Below, one piece after another: positions 61,685 to 64,000 of a DNA stretch of 64,000 nt (position 1 is the stretch's first letter; each line of letters opens with the position of its first letter). The notes beneath the pieces were generated by a model. That model was not told where the DNA came from. It saw nothing but the letters and a program-made list of their open reading frames with translations, and did not search any database. The stretch comes from Marsupella aquatica (lineage: Eukaryota > Plantae > Marchantiophyta): the NCBI GenBank assembly GCA_973895155.1, contig OZ316895.1:248001-312000 (forward strand). Direction: 5' to 3'. The position numbers were made by a program, and so were the translations under genes.

Positions 61685-64000
61685 AATTTTGGGCCCCCAT
61701 CACATCTACTGAACTAAAGTTCAGCCAAAAAACAAATTACTTACCCTGATTACCCATGCCTACAATAGAGGCGAGGACCAAAAAAAGACCTTGCAAAGAA
61801 AGTGTTCCTTGCTGTTGTCCCTTACCCCCTCGGAGAACATAAATAGAGACAAGTACAACAAAAGAACTTGCAAACAAAAGTATTTCTTGCTATATCTTTG
61901 CCCCATCCATGTTTCTTTGCCTAATATACCCTCACTTTCATTTGTGTTCTGCATCAGTCATGGTTTAGAGGTTTCACTCTGGACAGTAGGCCTAGGGTGT
62001 AGCTTTGGATTATAATTATATACTTACTAGCTTATTACCCTTTCCTTGAACATACACAGAGAGAGAGGAGAAATCAAAACAAAGGTCGCAAAACAAAGGA
62101 TTCCATGCTATTGCCCCCATCCCTGATTTTTTGTTTGCACTAACCCTCACTTTCAGTTATGCCCTCACTTAGACTAACTATAGGCTTCACTCTAGACAGT
62201 ATGCCCAGGAAATAGATTTTGATTGCGCTTTAATAGATAGATAGATAGATAGATGAGATCATTATTTTGTCCCACACACTCTGGTCACTATGGTAGACCA
62301 CAGGTGGTGTTCAAACCCATGTGTAGGCACATTTCTTTTGACAAAACCCTATTCAAAAGTGGGCTTCAGACAAAGCTCTAGCAACATTGTCCTTTGTAAT
62401 AGGTTCTACTCTATTTTACTAAACACATCAGTAGTGTTGAGGGTTAATTACTTGGCAACCCTGCCCCAAGGAAGACAAGATAAGGTTACTGGTGACGTAC
62501 GTTGCTGTGCGCTTTTTGCCCTTGTGGATCCTATCACTATTGACAGGATTGCATGGTGGGACACTCTGCCTAGCTCCGGCATCTCTGACTTTCCATGTAA
62601 AATTTTGTTAGAACAATGGTGTTTTTTAGCCGTTCTACCAGTCCCACACAGTTCAGGTGATCGATGCTTCCATTCTTTTGGTACTAAATTTGGTGCAAAG
62701 CGAGGGGGAGAGTTGTCAACTACAAGAAAGCTAGAGGAGATAGTCTTGAATAGTTTCCACAAGGCAAAGCATCAAATGAAAGACCACCAGGTCTGTTTTC
62801 CTGATCCAACATTGCCTAATCAAGCAATGGTCAAAAGTTTGAAACCTCATAAGAGAGAGTATATTGTGCGCAATATATATTCAAACTTCCTTTTCATGCT
62901 GTTGTATATAAGTGGGCTGATGAGGGAAACATGTGCAAGCACCAGTTGATTGAAGACATTGCTAGTTCGAGGTTTTCAAGCAGGTGCTATCTTCCACCAG
63001 CTAGGCACCAGGTTTGGTAGCCTCATGGATGGCATCTCACATTTGGATGTGGATGAGATTATCCAGACACCACATGAACATATAGAAGTAGAAGGCCAAT
63101 AATTTTATCACAATGAAGTCACCATAGAGGAGCCTCCTCATAAGGTTGTTGAAATGGAATGTAACCTTCAAGTTTCTGTTCTACCGAGGGAAAACCCAAA
63201 GCTTGCCCTCAGATAATCTGTGCAATGGATGTTTGACAGGATTTTGCTTGTTGTGGAAGAAGACCTCCACCTAATGGAGCAAGTATTCTTGGCAGCACAA
63301 CTTACTCTGAACAAATTAAGTGAAAGGCCAAGAACAAACTATTTAAACGCCTAGAAAGGGGTCATTGTAGCGTGCGAGGAAACAGTAAAAAATTTCCTTG
63401 CATGAGAATTTTTTTTCCTCACATGACCCCTATTTTTCTATATGCAACTGCCTTGCTAACAGTAACCTGGTTGATAACATCCATTTTCAGGACTCCTCTT
63501 TTTGCTAGCAACCTGGCTAGCCATATGGAGTCATAAAAATGCACAAAAAATATAAAAGGCAGCAAAAAGCAAAAGAAATTTAAAACCACAAGTGTCTTGC
63601 TAATGACACTCCCCTAGCCAACAAAATTCCTGTTTGCTCGCATTATAGAATACCTCCATGGAAAGACAGTAGGTCTTGTGGATGCTTTTGTCAGGTCTGT
63701 GGGTCTTACATCACCCAACCCGGAGACATGACAACGTCGACAAATGAAGGACCCAATCAAGGGGCCGGAGGGAACCTTGGACCTAGGCTAAAGCCAACTA
63801 CCACAAAAGCCAGGAGCAATGTAAAAGACCCCCACTAAACACTGCCTATTGACAAACTGAAGAGCCTGTAGAGCTCAGTGGTGAACTGTAGGCAGGATTG
63901 TAGGAGGGTGATCAAGTCAAGCAAAGGAATTTGACTTGAGGCTTACTAGTTACATGTATTATAGTACCTCGCTTTCACTTTAACGGTACTGCACTTTCTT

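Noticed and set aside
62290-62949. 219-aa plus-strand ORF; minus strand has faint RT-like words (LVPK, FYMES, CLPWG)
   Set aside because: No YxDD motif or continuous frame; possibly a decayed retroelement, but it needs a TBLASTN/HMM search.

Overview
Nuclear DNA of a land plant; a bryophyte/liverwort is my inference from gene and TE style, not proven. The window holds five host genes: a 7-exon TMEM53/DUF829 gene, an intronless plastid thioredoxin-fold (AhpC/TSA-like) gene, an 8-exon MATE transporter, a 5-exon GDSL-like gene whose catalytic Ser and His are both substituted, and an intronless ERO1. These sit among nested TEs. At 32.4-48.2 kb a full-length L1-type LINE (TSD, poly-A) is split by a full-length Copia (TSD GATCC) and by a Copia-type solo LTR; two further related solo LTRs lie elsewhere. 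The most unusual feature is at 1-13.3 kb: three copies of a ~4.66-kb unit with TGTG...CACA ends and a 5-bp TSD. It has no gag/pol, PBS or PPT, but carries one 1123-aa ORF (transposon-accessory-like N-terminal domain plus long coiled coil) showing synonymous-biased divergence. One copy inserted into an older copy of itself, and the TSD halves now lie in opposite orientations on two different copies, recording an inversion that left a ~99% identical 4.66-kb inverted repeat.
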